DNA of 64,000 nt from a virus. Lineage: Duplodnaviria; Caudoviricetes. The stretch's first letter is position 1, and the number at the start of each line of letters is the position of its first letter. The stretch is from the IMG/VR virus record IMGVR_UViG_3300032321_000388, positions 54,645-118,644 of that record. One strand, written 5' to 3'. Below the pieces are notes generated by a model. It was not told the DNA's origin. It worked only from the letters and a program-made list of their open reading frames with translations, and did no database searches. Shown here piece by piece: positions 1 through 8,744 of the stretch. Made by a program: the position numbers and the translations under genes.

Positions 1-1
1 A

Positions 2-154
2 TCTGTAGCTACGTATACATACATGAACTATAAGAACATGCAAGACGTTACAAAAGGGGCTTTATTCTTTCATACAAAAGATGTAAATCCTAGATGGCAA
101 AATGTTCGCGTAACAACAAGAATTGGAAATCATATTTTTTACAGAAAGGCTTAA
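2..154 (+). CDS. Cell wall hydrolase (SleB/Hydrolase_2-like), C-terminal fragment, 5'-truncated
   Basis: Frame 2 reads ...QDVTKGALFFHTKDVNPRWQNVRVTTRIGNHIFYRKA*. This matches the GA-x-(F/Y)(F/Y)H...P-x-W...IG-x-H-x-FY C-terminal signature. Not in the ORF track. Confidence 0.8.
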   Translation, partial: SVATYTYMNYKNMQDVTKGALFFHTKDVNPRWQNVRVTTRIGNHIFYRKA

Positions 155-156
155 AC

Positions 157-831
157 GTGGCAAAACCTGAAAATGAAACGTCAAGTATTCTTGGCAGTTT
201 ACTAAACAATGTTTATATCAATACAATAGAATCAACAATAAGAACACACGAAGTCTTTTTAGATAGCGAAATAGAAGAACCTGGTAGATATAGAGATTTA
301 ATATCATTATTAAATAATGCCAGTGAATCTGACAAGATCCATTTATTCATTAATTGTAATGGAGGCAACTTAGATTCTTCTGGTGCAATTATATCAGGTA
401 TCCTATCATCTCGCGCTGAGGTTACAGCATTCCTTATGGGAGCTTGTCATTCAGCTGCGTCTCTAATTACTATGTATTGTCATGCTGTTCATGTGTATGA
501 CACCGCATACATGATGATCCATACAGCATCATTTGGTTCTTCAGGAAATACTCCAACAGTTAAGGCTCATACAGACTTTACAGTAAAACAATGTGAGAAA
601 CTAATGATTGATGCGTATGAAGGTTTCCTGACAAAATCTGAGATGGATAAGGTTCTTAATGGTATTGAATTATGGTTTAATTCTGATGAGATCAAACCTA
701 GACTTAAGAAAAGATTTGAGGCTGTAGAACTTCAAACTAGGAAAGAAGCTGAAAAGAATAATGAGATCACTGAACCAAAGCCAAAGAAAGTCAAAACAAA
801 GCTTAAAATAGATGATGGGGCTATTGAATAA
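157..831 (+). CDS. ClpP-like serine protease
   Basis: Motifs IHLFINCNGG, ACHSAASLI (Ser nucleophile), MMIH and ELWF. The likely start is GTG at 157, right after the upstream stop; the track start at 94 overlaps the hydrolase gene. Confidence 0.8.
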   Translation: MAKPENETSSILGSLLNNVYINTIESTIRTHEVFLDSEIEEPGRYRDLISLLNNASESDKIHLFINCNGGNLDSSGAIISGILSSRAEVTAFLMGACHSAASLITMYCHAVHVYDTAYMMIHTASFGSSGNTPTVKAHTDFTVKQCEKLMIDAYEGFLTKSEMDKVLNGIELWFNSDEIKPRLKKRFEAVELQTRKEAEKNNEITEPKPKKVKTKLKIDDGAIE

Positions 832-836
832 AATTG

Positions 837-865
837 TTTACACTTAATGATATTTGTGATATAAT
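837..865 (+). promoter_or_regulatory. Sigma70/T4 early-type promoter
   Basis: (G)TTTACA, 17-bp spacer, then TATAAT, upstream of ORF 888. Confidence 0.7.
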
Positions 866-887
866 GTACTTTTAAAATGAGGAAACT

Positions 888-1151
888 GTGATGAATATAA
901 CTCAGCATATTAATTTTACCTACCAAACTAATAATAGACCTGAGCTTGAAAAGCTAAAGGAATCTTTATTAAACACTAAAAAAGAGTATGATGTATTCTT
1001 TGAAGAATATCTAGAAGTGTTTGATGACAAGATGTCTGCATCAAGTACTCAAAATACCCCAGAATGGAAAGCATATAAGGATAAGTATCAAGCTTATACC
1101 AAAATTACTGAGAATATCAAGCTGATAGACTACTATCTAGGTAGTATTTAA
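888..1151 (+). CDS. Hypothetical protein
   Basis: 87-aa ORF with GAGG RBS, coupled to gp33. Confidence 0.7.
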   Translation: MMNITQHINFTYQTNNRPELEKLKESLLNTKKEYDVFFEEYLEVFDDKMSASSTQNTPEWKAYKDKYQAYTKITENIKLIDYYLGSI

Positions 1152-1378
1152 TGGAAGGCAAGATCTTTAAGAATAACAATGAGTTTGCCCTTTACATTGA
1201 GAACTTAGTTATAGAAAGAAAGATGACTCATATGGATGCAGTATTACTATATTGCCAACAGAACTTTATTGATCCAGAAGATATATCAAAACTCATTAAT
1301 AAGAACCTCAAACAAAAGATCGAGATGAATATGATCGAGCAGAACTATCTTCCTAAGAAGGGTTCTCTTGATCTATGA
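1151..1378 (+). CDS. gp33: Late transcription coactivator gp33
   Basis: FALYIENLV...MDAVLLYC...KLINKNLKQKIE...NYLP, and position in the 33-59-32 gene order. Confidence 0.9.
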   Translation: MEGKIFKNNNEFALYIENLVIERKMTHMDAVLLYCQQNFIDPEDISKLINKNLKQKIEMNMIEQNYLPKKGSLDL

Positions 1379-1998
1379 ATGGTTTTAAGGCGTATAGATA
1401 TTACGTTGCCTTAAAGCTTCATTTTACTACCGATAAGTTTAATGTATTTGAAAATAAAGGCCATGTAAAGGGATCTTACGAGACTTTTAATGCTCGTAAT
1501 GATAGGCATCTATTTGATAGATTAGCTCGTAGATTTGATACCGATCAGGAATTAATTCAGTTCATGGTGTGCAATTTTGTTTATGGCAATCCTAATATGA
1601 TATACAATCAAGAGGAAGCCGAACAGCATTATACTGAATGGAAAAGAGTTAAGGAAAGTATTACCAAGGTATTTCAAGACGACCTGAATACAATTGAACT
1701 TGAAACTCAGAAGAATAAGTATACCTTGGAGCAAATTTATAATTGTACAAATAATGACTTTCCAGTTATAATTAAACTATATCTGGGAAAACGAATTAAT
1801 CCTCAGACTATTAGTATCATATCAGATATTCATGAACCAATAGCTGAATGGAAAAAAGATCCTACCATGGGATTAATACTTGAGAACGAATTAAGGATCT
1901 TATATAAGATCAAGGGATTCTTTAAATATGATAGAAAGAAACTATCTAAAATATTTAGTGAATTTTGTACAAACTTTGATGTAGGTTTGTATAAATAA
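1375..1998 (+). CDS. gp59: Helicase loader gp59
   Basis: GFKAYRYYVALKLHFTTDKFN...F.ARNDR..F.RLA, and synteny. Confidence 0.9.
   Translation: MNGFKAYRYYVALKLHFTTDKFNVFENKGHVKGSYETFNARNDRHLFDRLARRFDTDQELIQFMVCNFVYGNPNMIYNQEEAEQHYTEWKRVKESITKVFQDDLNTIELETQKNKYTLEQIYNCTNNDFPVIIKLYLGKRINPQTISIISDIHEPIAEWKKDPTMGLILENELRILYKIKGFFKYDRKKLSKIFSEFCTNFDVGLYK
1990..1997 (+). promoter_or_regulatory. T4-type late promoter upstream of gp32
   Basis: Exact TATAAATA. Confidence 0.6.
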
Positions 1999-2064
1999 AA
2001 ATGGATAGAATTTATATCCTATACATTAATACAACGCAATATATTTTATATAAAGGAAAATACG

Positions 2065-2982
2065 ATGGACTTAAATACACTTCGCGCATCGCGCACAAAC
2101 GATTTTGGCAAGATTGCTTCAGCTTTTGACAAAATTGCAAACCCACAATCAGAATCAAGATCATTTGAAGATGACCGATTCTGGAAACCAGAACCAGATA
2201 AAGCAGGTAATGCTACTGCAGTTATTCGTTTTCTACCACGTGTAGAAGGTGATGATTTACCATGGGTAAAGATCTTCTCACATGGCTTCCAAGGACCTAC
2301 AGGTAAATGGTACATTGAGAATTCACTAACAACGTTTGGTGAAAATGATCCAGTCGGAGAACTTAATACAAAACTTTGGAACTCAGGTTCTGATGCAAAC
2401 AAAGAGATTGCTCGTAAACAAAAACGTCGTTTACATTTTATCTCTAATGTATTAATTGTTTCTGATCCAAAACATCCAGAAAATGAAGGTCAAGTTAAAC
2501 TATTCAAGTTTGGTAAAAAGATCTTTGATAAGATCATGAATAAGGCTAAACCTACATTTGAAGATGAAAAACCAGTTAATGTATTTGACTTATGGGAAGG
2601 TGCTAACTTTAAATTACGTATGCGTAAGGTTGAAGGTTATCCTAACTATGATGAGTCAACATTCTCTGAGCCAATTCCAGTAAAACCAAGCGATGAAGAA
2701 ATTCTAGCTGTTGTTAATAATCAACATAAGTTGACAGAATTCCTTGAACGTAAAAACTTCAAGACATATGAAGAACTTAAAGCTAAGCTTGATTCAGTTT
2801 TATCTGGTGAATCTAATTACAGTACAGCAGAGTCAATGATGAATGATCCATTGCCAGTTGCCGAGGCTAGAAGTATTCCTTCTGCTCAAGCTCCTGCTCC
2901 AGTAGCTTCTAAAGCTCCTGAGATCAATGAAGATGACGATGATGTAATGTCATTCTTCCAAAAGATTGCTGATGAAGCGTAG
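2065..2982 (+). CDS. gp32: ssDNA-binding protein gp32
   Basis: DDRFWKP..DKAGNATAVIRFLP, HGFQGPTGKWYIENSLTT, FDLWEGANFKL, and an acidic C-terminal tail. Confidence 0.97.
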   Translation: MDLNTLRASRTNDFGKIASAFDKIANPQSESRSFEDDRFWKPEPDKAGNATAVIRFLPRVEGDDLPWVKIFSHGFQGPTGKWYIENSLTTFGENDPVGELNTKLWNSGSDANKEIARKQKRRLHFISNVLIVSDPKHPENEGQVKLFKFGKKIFDKIMNKAKPTFEDEKPVNVFDLWEGANFKLRMRKVEGYPNYDESTFSEPIPVKPSDEEILAVVNNQHKLTEFLERKNFKTYEELKAKLDSVLSGESNYSTAESMMNDPLPVAEARSIPSAQAPAPVASKAPEINEDDDDVMSFFQKIADEA

Positions 2983-2997
2983 TAGTTATAAATGAAG

Positions 2998-3021
2998 AAG
3001 GGACCGAAAGGTCCCTTTTTT
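2998..3021. terminator. Intrinsic terminator, probably bidirectional, between convergent genes
   Basis: AAGGGACC-GAAA-GGTCCCTT followed by a T run. Confidence 0.85.
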
Positions 3022-4774
3022 ATGTGGCGAATCTGGATCTATAATACGACCTAATAGAAGTCTCTTGAGATCTAATAGGAGTTTTCATTATAGTATTTTG
3101 AGTTTGCTTAGTTATTGTTGTTGGAGCATTCACGATATTATTTTGTGCTGTATCTTTACTGTTAAGTTTTGCCGCATCATTCTCAGCTGATTGGTTATAA
3201 ACTGATTCTGATGTTTGTTTAACTTTTGTTTCAGCTTTTGCAAATTCATCTGCTTTAGTTAACTGTTCTTTAGTTGCATATGTTTGTCCAATACCTAAGA
3301 ATCCAGTTCCTTTCTTAGCATATTGAGCTCGTCTTGGATCCCATACATAGCCTTGTTTTTCCATGAATTCAGATCGTTTACCAGCTAATGGATCGCCTTG
3401 AGCTTCTTTAATACCCATCTTGTCAAGTTTAGCTTGAGCTTCTGCTGAACCATTCTTAGCGGCTGCTTGCAGATCTCTTATTGCTTCATCTTTAGCATTT
3501 TCAGCAGCAACAGTTGGATCTTGGAATTCTGAGAAAGCTCCTTGTTGATACTGTTGGGATTGAGCTTCAGCCCTAGTAGTTCCTTCCATATCTCCCTTTT
3601 TAGCGGCTGCTGATGCTTTTTTCTGAGCAGAACCGACTGCAGCTATAGATGCTACACCAGCTAGTAAGCTTAAACCAGCAAACAAACCAGCTCCTCCACC
3701 TAATAAACTACCACCCTTAGGAACACCTTTTGCTCCTTTAACTTTATTCATTAGTCTACCAAGAGTACCACCACCAGAACCTTTGTCTTCTGATTCTATA
3801 CCCTTAATAGCAGCAAGCATATCTTTATCTGATTTTGCTTTTCGTTTATTCTCATCTTCGGTAAGGACTACTAATTTATCTAATGATTCATTATTAGCAA
3901 CAAATAGATCTGATTGCTCTTGATCTTGTTCAGACACATCGTTCTTTTTACCTAGTTTTTCTTTTTCCAATAGACCAAGGCTCTCACCTTTATATCTTGG
4001 ATCTGTATTAATAAGTTTAGTTGCGGCAACATCTCTTTTTTCGATCTGTCTACCACCACCAGTAGTTCTTTGAATCTCTTCTTCTGACATGCCAGAAGCT
4101 CGTAATGCTTCTAGTCTTTCTTGTTCTGTTTGAAGTTCGCGTTTTGATTGAGATGCTTCTTTAGCTTTTTGTAGATAGAATGCATCAACTTTAGATTGAC
4201 TTCCGCCAAATTGAGATAGGTTCTTCATTTGTGGATTGAGTTTACCCATTACATCGGCTGATCGTTTTTCTTCTTCACGAACTGCAAGATACTTATCAAC
4301 AAATCCACCTGAACCTTTTGTAACTAAACCTGTAGTTTCAGCCAAACCTCTAAGACTACCAAACTTATATCGATATGAATTAGCATCAAACTTATTACCG
4401 CCGCGACCCATAAATTTGTCTTTAATTCTTTGGCCAATAGATCTATAGTCTAATGGTTGTTCTCCAGCTAGCTGTTCACCACGTTGGCTTGATACGTTTG
4501 ATGGACCTGATTTACCAGTTCCTAATGAAGATCTAGTTATAACATTATTGAGACGTTCTAGGTTCTTATTGAGTTTCTTTTGACTGTCTAATATGGCCTT
4601 ATCAGATTTAATAAGCTTTTCAATGTTCTTAGCTCCACCACCAGCAGAAGGCGCACCTTCTTTTGTTAGCATCTTGCTAAGTTGCTCAGCAGTTACTTTC
4701 TCAGGAGCTGATAGTTTTTGTTTCTCAGCTAATTTCTTCTGAGCTTCTACTAGTTCGTTAAATGATATTGCCAT
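3020..4774 (-). CDS. Probable tape measure / baseplate hub protein (gp29 equivalent)
   Basis: 584 aa, helical and Lys/Glu/Ala-rich, with a Gly-rich hydrophobic segment and C-terminal NNIVNAPTT. Lies directly downstream of the gp26/gp51-like genes and is similar in size to T4 gp29. Confidence 0.6.
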   Translation of the reverse strand: MAISFNELVEAQKKLAEKQKLSAPEKVTAEQLSKMLTKEGAPSAGGGAKNIEKLIKSDKAILDSQKKLNKNLERLNNVITRSSLGTGKSGPSNVSSQRGEQLAGEQPLDYRSIGQRIKDKFMGRGGNKFDANSYRYKFGSLRGLAETTGLVTKGSGGFVDKYLAVREEEKRSADVMGKLNPQMKNLSQFGGSQSKVDAFYLQKAKEASQSKRELQTEQERLEALRASGMSEEEIQRTTGGGRQIEKRDVAATKLINTDPRYKGESLGLLEKEKLGKKNDVSEQDQEQSDLFVANNESLDKLVVLTEDENKRKAKSDKDMLAAIKGIESEDKGSGGGTLGRLMNKVKGAKGVPKGGSLLGGGAGLFAGLSLLAGVASIAAVGSAQKKASAAAKKGDMEGTTRAEAQSQQYQQGAFSEFQDPTVAAENAKDEAIRDLQAAAKNGSAEAQAKLDKMGIKEAQGDPLAGKRSEFMEKQGYVWDPRRAQYAKKGTGFLGIGQTYATKEQLTKADEFAKAETKVKQTSESVYNQSAENDAAKLNSKDTAQNNIVNAPTTITKQTQNTIMKTPIRSQETSIRSYYRSRFAT

Positions 4775-4953
4775 TAGTTACTCTCTAATCTGTTCTTTTC
4801 TTCTTCTAGATGTTTAATTAACATTGCAGTATAAATTTCTCTCTCAAATGGTATCATATCTTCAATCTCAGTCAACGAATACTTATGGTATTGCATGAGA
4901 GCGAAGTTCATTTTATAATAATTTGCCAAGCTCTCGTGACTGAGATTAATTAA
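4774..4953 (-). CDS. gp51: gp51-like baseplate hub assembly protein, possibly expressed as a -1 frameshift extension of the gp26-like gene
   Basis: LINLSHESLANYYKMNFALMQYHKYSLTEIEDMIPFEREIYTAMLIKHLEEEKNRLESN*. First ATG is at 4911. Its stop overlaps the tape-measure ATG (TAATG). Not in the ORF track. Confidence 0.8.
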   Translation of the reverse strand, partial: LINLSHESLANYYKMNFALMQYHKYSLTEIEDMIPFEREIYTAMLIKHLEEEKNRLESN

Positions 4954-5663
4954 AAAAAACTTTGGAGTCCCTCCATTGTTTTTTCATGGTGCTTGCCACA
5001 AACTGGACAATCATATTCTATCTTTTGACTCATCTTAGGCATATTAGCAAAGAACTCTTCGATCTTACCAAATTGCTGTTGAGTCAGATTCTCAAGGAAT
5101 TCTGTAACTTCTTGTTTAGTCTGATCCTTAATATAGAATAGTTCTTCATTAGTATAGATATAATCTACACAACTAGAAACTACTTCAAATATACTGTCAA
5201 CATCGCCTTTACCCGCTTCTTCAAATTTCTCTAATACATCAATTGATGGGTATTTCATAACCACACCAACATCATCAAATAATTCTATTTTATTACTATG
5301 TGTTTCTGGAATATCTACTCTAAATTGAGATATATCTAGACTGACGTTTGCTTTTGCTTTTTCGTCTTCACATGTATCACAGAGGAATAATAATTCTACT
5401 ATTTCTCCAACAGACTTAGATCTAATTTGAGTAAATAGATACTCAAAGTCAAATATAGCGAGATCATCGACTTCGATCTTTTCTACTAGGCAATCATTAA
5501 TAATGGATTTTAGTGTATTCACCATTACTTTTGAATCTTCAGATTGCTGAGCTAGTAATAAAGCCTTTTCTTCTTTAACTAAGAACGGTCTAAATTTAAC
5601 CTCTTTCTTAGTAGACGGTATTGTAGTTGTATACAACGGCGTCTTCATTATTGGTAAAGCCAT
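4950..5663 (-). CDS. gp26: Baseplate hub assembly protein, gp26-like
   Basis: MALP..TP.Y...IPST...KFRPFLVKEEKALL, IRSKSVGE, two CxxC pairs, ending EGLQSFF. Confidence 0.88.
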   Translation of the reverse strand: MALPIMKTPLYTTTIPSTKKEVKFRPFLVKEEKALLLAQQSEDSKVMVNTLKSIINDCLVEKIEVDDLAIFDFEYLFTQIRSKSVGEIVELLFLCDTCEDEKAKANVSLDISQFRVDIPETHSNKIELFDDVGVVMKYPSIDVLEKFEEAGKGDVDSIFEVVSSCVDYIYTNEELFYIKDQTKQEVTEFLENLTQQQFGKIEEFFANMPKMSQKIEYDCPVCGKHHEKTMEGLQSFF

Positions 5664-5664
5664 A

Positions 5665-6096
5665 CTATTCTCCTTTATTCATCTTATTAATTAATTGACT
5701 CAATTCACTTGTACTTCCCACGAAAATCGCGTTATTATTTGTTACCTGTTTACCTGGACCCTGATCAACTTGTTTTGGGGTATCCATCTTTTGTTTCTTC
5801 TCAGATAACTTAAGTAGCTGTTCGTTAGTATCAGCTAATTGTTTCATCAGATTACCTACAACCTCAAAAGCTCTAGGATGCTCAGACTGCTTGGCTATTT
5901 CCAAAGCATGATATAAAGCATCCTGACCTTGATTCAATAGTTTATGTAGATTATTTCTACTAATGTCATAGTCATAATCTATATTTTCTTCAATCTTTTT
6001 ATTTTCAGGTATAATTTCTGTACCTGAACTAACAACTTCACCTTGTTTAAGGGGCTCGACTCCGAACACCTTAGACAAGCTATTATCTGGATTCAT
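5665..6096 (-). CDS. gp16: Terminase small subunit, gp16-like
   Basis: SEHPRAFEVVGNLMKQLAD and TNNNAIFVGSTSEL, typical of T4-like small terminases of the cyanophage type. Confidence 0.85.
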   Translation of the reverse strand: MNPDNSLSKVFGVEPLKQGEVVSSGTEIIPENKKIEENIDYDYDISRNNLHKLLNQGQDALYHALEIAKQSEHPRAFEVVGNLMKQLADTNEQLLKLSEKKQKMDTPKQVDQGPGKQVTNNNAIFVGSTSELSQLINKMNKGE

Positions 6097-6097
6097 T

Positions 6098-6616
6098 TTA
6101 TGTTATTTTCCTCGTTGGAGTTGTTCTAACTGTTTGAGCAGTTTGAACTTCTGGTTCACTATATTCTTCTGCACTTGGTGGAGCTGGAGGTGTGGAAGGA
6201 GTAGAATTATTTACAACCATAGGTGCTTGTGTTGGGAACACTGGTCTAGGCGGCGGAACGGCCGCTTCAGACTTTTTTGATGATGAGTATGCATTAGCAC
6301 CAAAGAAAGCTGCAACCAAAGCTGAGATAGCTACAAAGTATGTTGGAGCAATATTGCCAATAATAGTTGCTGCATCGTCTACATCTAACCATGAAGCAAT
6401 AACAATAGTTACTGGATAGAGTAACATACCCCATAAAGCAAACCATGTCATCTTACGCATAGCATCGCGTTGAGCATCTTGATCTTCGAGCTCTCTACGT
6501 TTAAACTCTAGATACATTGCTAGTTCTTGGCTACTAACGTAACCGTCTCCATTTGTATCTGCTTCTGCTAATTGATGATAAGCATTATCACTTACACCTT
6601 GTTTTAAATCTGCCAT
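6098..6616 (-). CDS. Membrane protein with an EF-hand, two TM helices and a Pro-rich tail (holin-like?)
   Basis: DTNGDGYVSSQE EF-hand loop; hydrophobic segments WFALWGMLLYPVTIVIASW and YFVAISALVAAFFG. Start at 6616 has an AAGGA RBS. Confidence 0.65.
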   Translation of the reverse strand: MADLKQGVSDNAYHQLAEADTNGDGYVSSQELAMYLEFKRRELEDQDAQRDAMRKMTWFALWGMLLYPVTIVIASWLDVDDAATIIGNIAPTYFVAISALVAAFFGANAYSSSKKSEAAVPPPRPVFPTQAPMVVNNSTPSTPPAPPSAEEYSEPEVQTAQTVRTTPTRKIT

Positions 6617-6626
6617 TTTATATCCT

Positions 6627-7367
6627 TTAAATAAATGTGCTTCCACGGCCTACTGAAGCGGTTTCTGATGAGAATAATGAAGATCTTCCTTGTTCAAATG
6701 AGTTAAATCCGGTTTGGAATACGTTAAAATTTGTAAAATAAGTACTTGGTATCTTCATAGCATCACCAAGGAATCCGCCGTTTAAGAATGAAGAACCCTG
6801 CGTAGCATTTGACAATGAACTTCCTGATGATGAAGAGCTTAAAGCTGAAGATTGCCAATACTTGTAGTTCATAGATACTGATAATTTCATAACTTCTTTA
6901 TTGCCATAATCCATCTGAACAGCATTGAGCGTTTTAGGATATGCTTGGAATAAAGTCACAGCGTATTTACTTTTATTTGCTATATCATAAACAGCAATAG
7001 TAATATCTGTGGTATAATCTTTGTAGTAATTGAATGTTCTTGAAACTGGATCTTGAATTGCATTCATCCAAGCATCAAATAAAAGCTTAACACTCATATT
7101 GTTATCAACATAGAATCCCATATTGATATTATCGTACTGCTTCTGATAAGGCATCTCACGAACCTCACCAAATGTCTTTGCCTGTGTAGTTTCAACTGTC
7201 AAACCTGGAAGATTGACATTATCACAGTATAGTAATATCTTTCTTAGATCTTGAGAATATTTTCCAGGACCAATCACACTAGGTAATGAAAAGGATACAG
7301 CGAACCTTGAAGATCGCATTAATCCTTCGGACTTAACTGATGATATAAATTCGTTTAATGTTGACAT
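6627..7367 (-). CDS. gp54: Baseplate-tail tube initiator (gp54, tail-tube fold)
   Basis: GLMRSSRFAV, CDNVNLPG, REMPY, FDAWMNAI, YYKDY, AYPK and YKYW motifs. Start at 7367 overlaps the upstream stop. Confidence 0.75.
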   Translation of the reverse strand: MSTLNEFISSVKSEGLMRSSRFAVSFSLPSVIGPGKYSQDLRKILLYCDNVNLPGLTVETTQAKTFGEVREMPYQKQYDNINMGFYVDNNMSVKLLFDAWMNAIQDPVSRTFNYYKDYTTDITIAVYDIANKSKYAVTLFQAYPKTLNAVQMDYGNKEVMKLSVSMNYKYWQSSALSSSSSGSSLSNATQGSSFLNGGFLGDAMKIPSTYFTNFNVFQTGFNSFEQGRSSLFSSETASVGRGSTFI

Positions 7368-7654
7368 TAGCAATTCCACTTACGTAATGCTTTATTGATC
7401 CTTGAATCAGGATCATGTGCAGTTTTGGCTGATGTTAGTCTCTTTTTCATTCCACCCATACGAGCACAGAATGATTTACGACGGTTTGCCGCTTTGCTAC
7501 CAGCTTTTAACTTTGAAGGTTTAGTAGTAACTGCAGTTTGTAAATGCCCACCAGTTTTTCTGTTATAAGCATCAACACCCTTTTGTGTCATGCCTCCAGC
7601 ATCGCTAAAATGACCCTTTTTGTCTTCTTCTAAATATTCTTTGAATGTTAGCAT
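7367..7654 (-). CDS. Small basic protein, probable internal head protein
   Basis: N-terminal MLTFKEYLEE resembles the T4 capsid-targeting sequence. The C-terminal RRKSFCARM...SRINKALRKWNC is a conserved phage motif (DUF6321-like from memory, unverified). Confidence 0.65.
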   Translation of the reverse strand: MLTFKEYLEEDKKGHFSDAGGMTQKGVDAYNRKTGGHLQTAVTTKPSKLKAGSKAANRRKSFCARMGGMKKRLTSAKTAHDPDSRINKALRKWNC

Positions 7655-7657
7655 ATC

Positions 7658-8245
7658 TTACCTCATTGAATCCTTCCAAACTGTTGCTTTGCTTGCTCCT
7701 ACAAACTGTTCTACAGGTAAAAGCATTGCTGTTGCCCAATCTTCTGGACTTATTTTTCTTAATGTTGATTTCAAATGAGACTTGAGATACCTCTTAATAC
7801 AAGGTTCTGCCCATTTAAACTTACCAACTCCGTTAATCAAAGCCCAAGAATACTTAATCTTGGTAGTTTCATCCATTTTCTTATTATTTGCAAATTCCAT
7901 TAATCTTTGTAGCAATATAACTCGCTGTTGATATGGTAGATAATGCATATTTAAACCAATGAATCCATCCTGAGTCTTTTTGAATGGAAAAACTAAAGGA
8001 AATACGTCGTAGTACGGTAGATCTTCTTTAGTCTTTGGATCATATAGAAACATATACAAACTTCCAGGTTGAACAGTACTAACATTTCTACTTGGATCGC
8101 CATTTAATACCTTATTTGGCGTTGGATTCTGCAGTTGAAGCATTCTAGCCTGTTGTTGAAACCAGGATTTAGAACGATTTGCCGCTATCTTCAAGTCATA
8201 TTGGTTCTTTTTAAATATGTCTTTTAAATTTTGTTGATTAGCCAT
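7658..8245 (-). CDS. gp2: DNA end protector protein gp2
   Basis: PGSLYMFLYDPKTKEDLPYYDVFPLV, GLNMHYLP, CIKRYL..H, W..AMLLPVEQF. Confidence 0.93.
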   Translation of the reverse strand: MANQQNLKDIFKKNQYDLKIAANRSKSWFQQQARMLQLQNPTPNKVLNGDPSRNVSTVQPGSLYMFLYDPKTKEDLPYYDVFPLVFPFKKTQDGFIGLNMHYLPYQQRVILLQRLMEFANNKKMDETTKIKYSWALINGVGKFKWAEPCIKRYLKSHLKSTLRKISPEDWATAMLLPVEQFVGASKATVWKDSMR

Positions 8246-8250
8246 GTTAT

Positions 8251-8258
8251 TATTTATA
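8251..8258 (-). promoter_or_regulatory. Late promoter for the gp2 operon
   Basis: TATAAATA on the minus strand, just upstream of gp2. Confidence 0.7.
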
Positions 8259-8262
8259 TGAT

Positions 8263-8697
8263 CTACAGACCTAATTCATTCTCGGTTATAAGGACAAACT
8301 CATATCCGCGGTCTTTACAGTATTCATTTGCAGCTTTCCATTTAGCTTGGTTTTTAATAAATGTTAATGATTCTGACAGGTAATGTTTAGTCTGTCTACC
8401 AGGGAATACTGGAGGTTGTGTTTGTTTAGATGGTTTAACTTCTACCAGATAGGTCTTAATCTGATTATCTCTGTTTTTAACCTTTATCTTAAAGTCAATA
8501 AAGTACCTATGAAGTCTATTGTCTGTTGGGCATCTGTAAGGCACGACAGTCTCTTCAGAACACCACTTAACTACTGATGGGTTCTTATCACACCAGGAAG
8601 CAAATCGAGTCTCCCAACTAGATCTCATTATAATATTAGTTGGGTCACCCTCATACTTCTCAGGGAACATTGGTTTGTACATTCGTTTATGAAACAT
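8263..8697 (-). CDS. gp4: Head completion nuclease gp4
   Basis: PEKYEGDPTNIIMRSSWE, HRYFIDF, LVEVKP, NQAKWKAA, ITENEL. Confidence 0.95.
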   Translation of the reverse strand: MFHKRMYKPMFPEKYEGDPTNIIMRSSWETRFASWCDKNPSVVKWCSEETVVPYRCPTDNRLHRYFIDFKIKVKNRDNQIKTYLVEVKPSKQTQPPVFPGRQTKHYLSESLTFIKNQAKWKAANEYCKDRGYEFVLITENELGL

Positions 8698-8712
8698 ATC
8701 TCATATTTATCA

Positions 8713-8720
8713 TATAAATA
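8713..8720 (+). promoter_or_regulatory. Late promoter for the baseplate operon
   Basis: TATAAATA in the divergent intergenic region, 24 nt before gp48. Confidence 0.8.
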
Positions 8721-8744
8721 ATAAATAAATGTTTAGGAATAGAT

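Noticed and set aside
94-156. Track start of the ClpP-like ORF at 94
   Set aside because: It overlaps the hydrolase C-terminus in another frame. GTG at 157 fits better.
1999-2064. Possible gp32 autoregulatory leader structure
   Set aside because: Only a weak GGATA/TATCC stem in a short AT-rich leader. No convincing pseudoknot.
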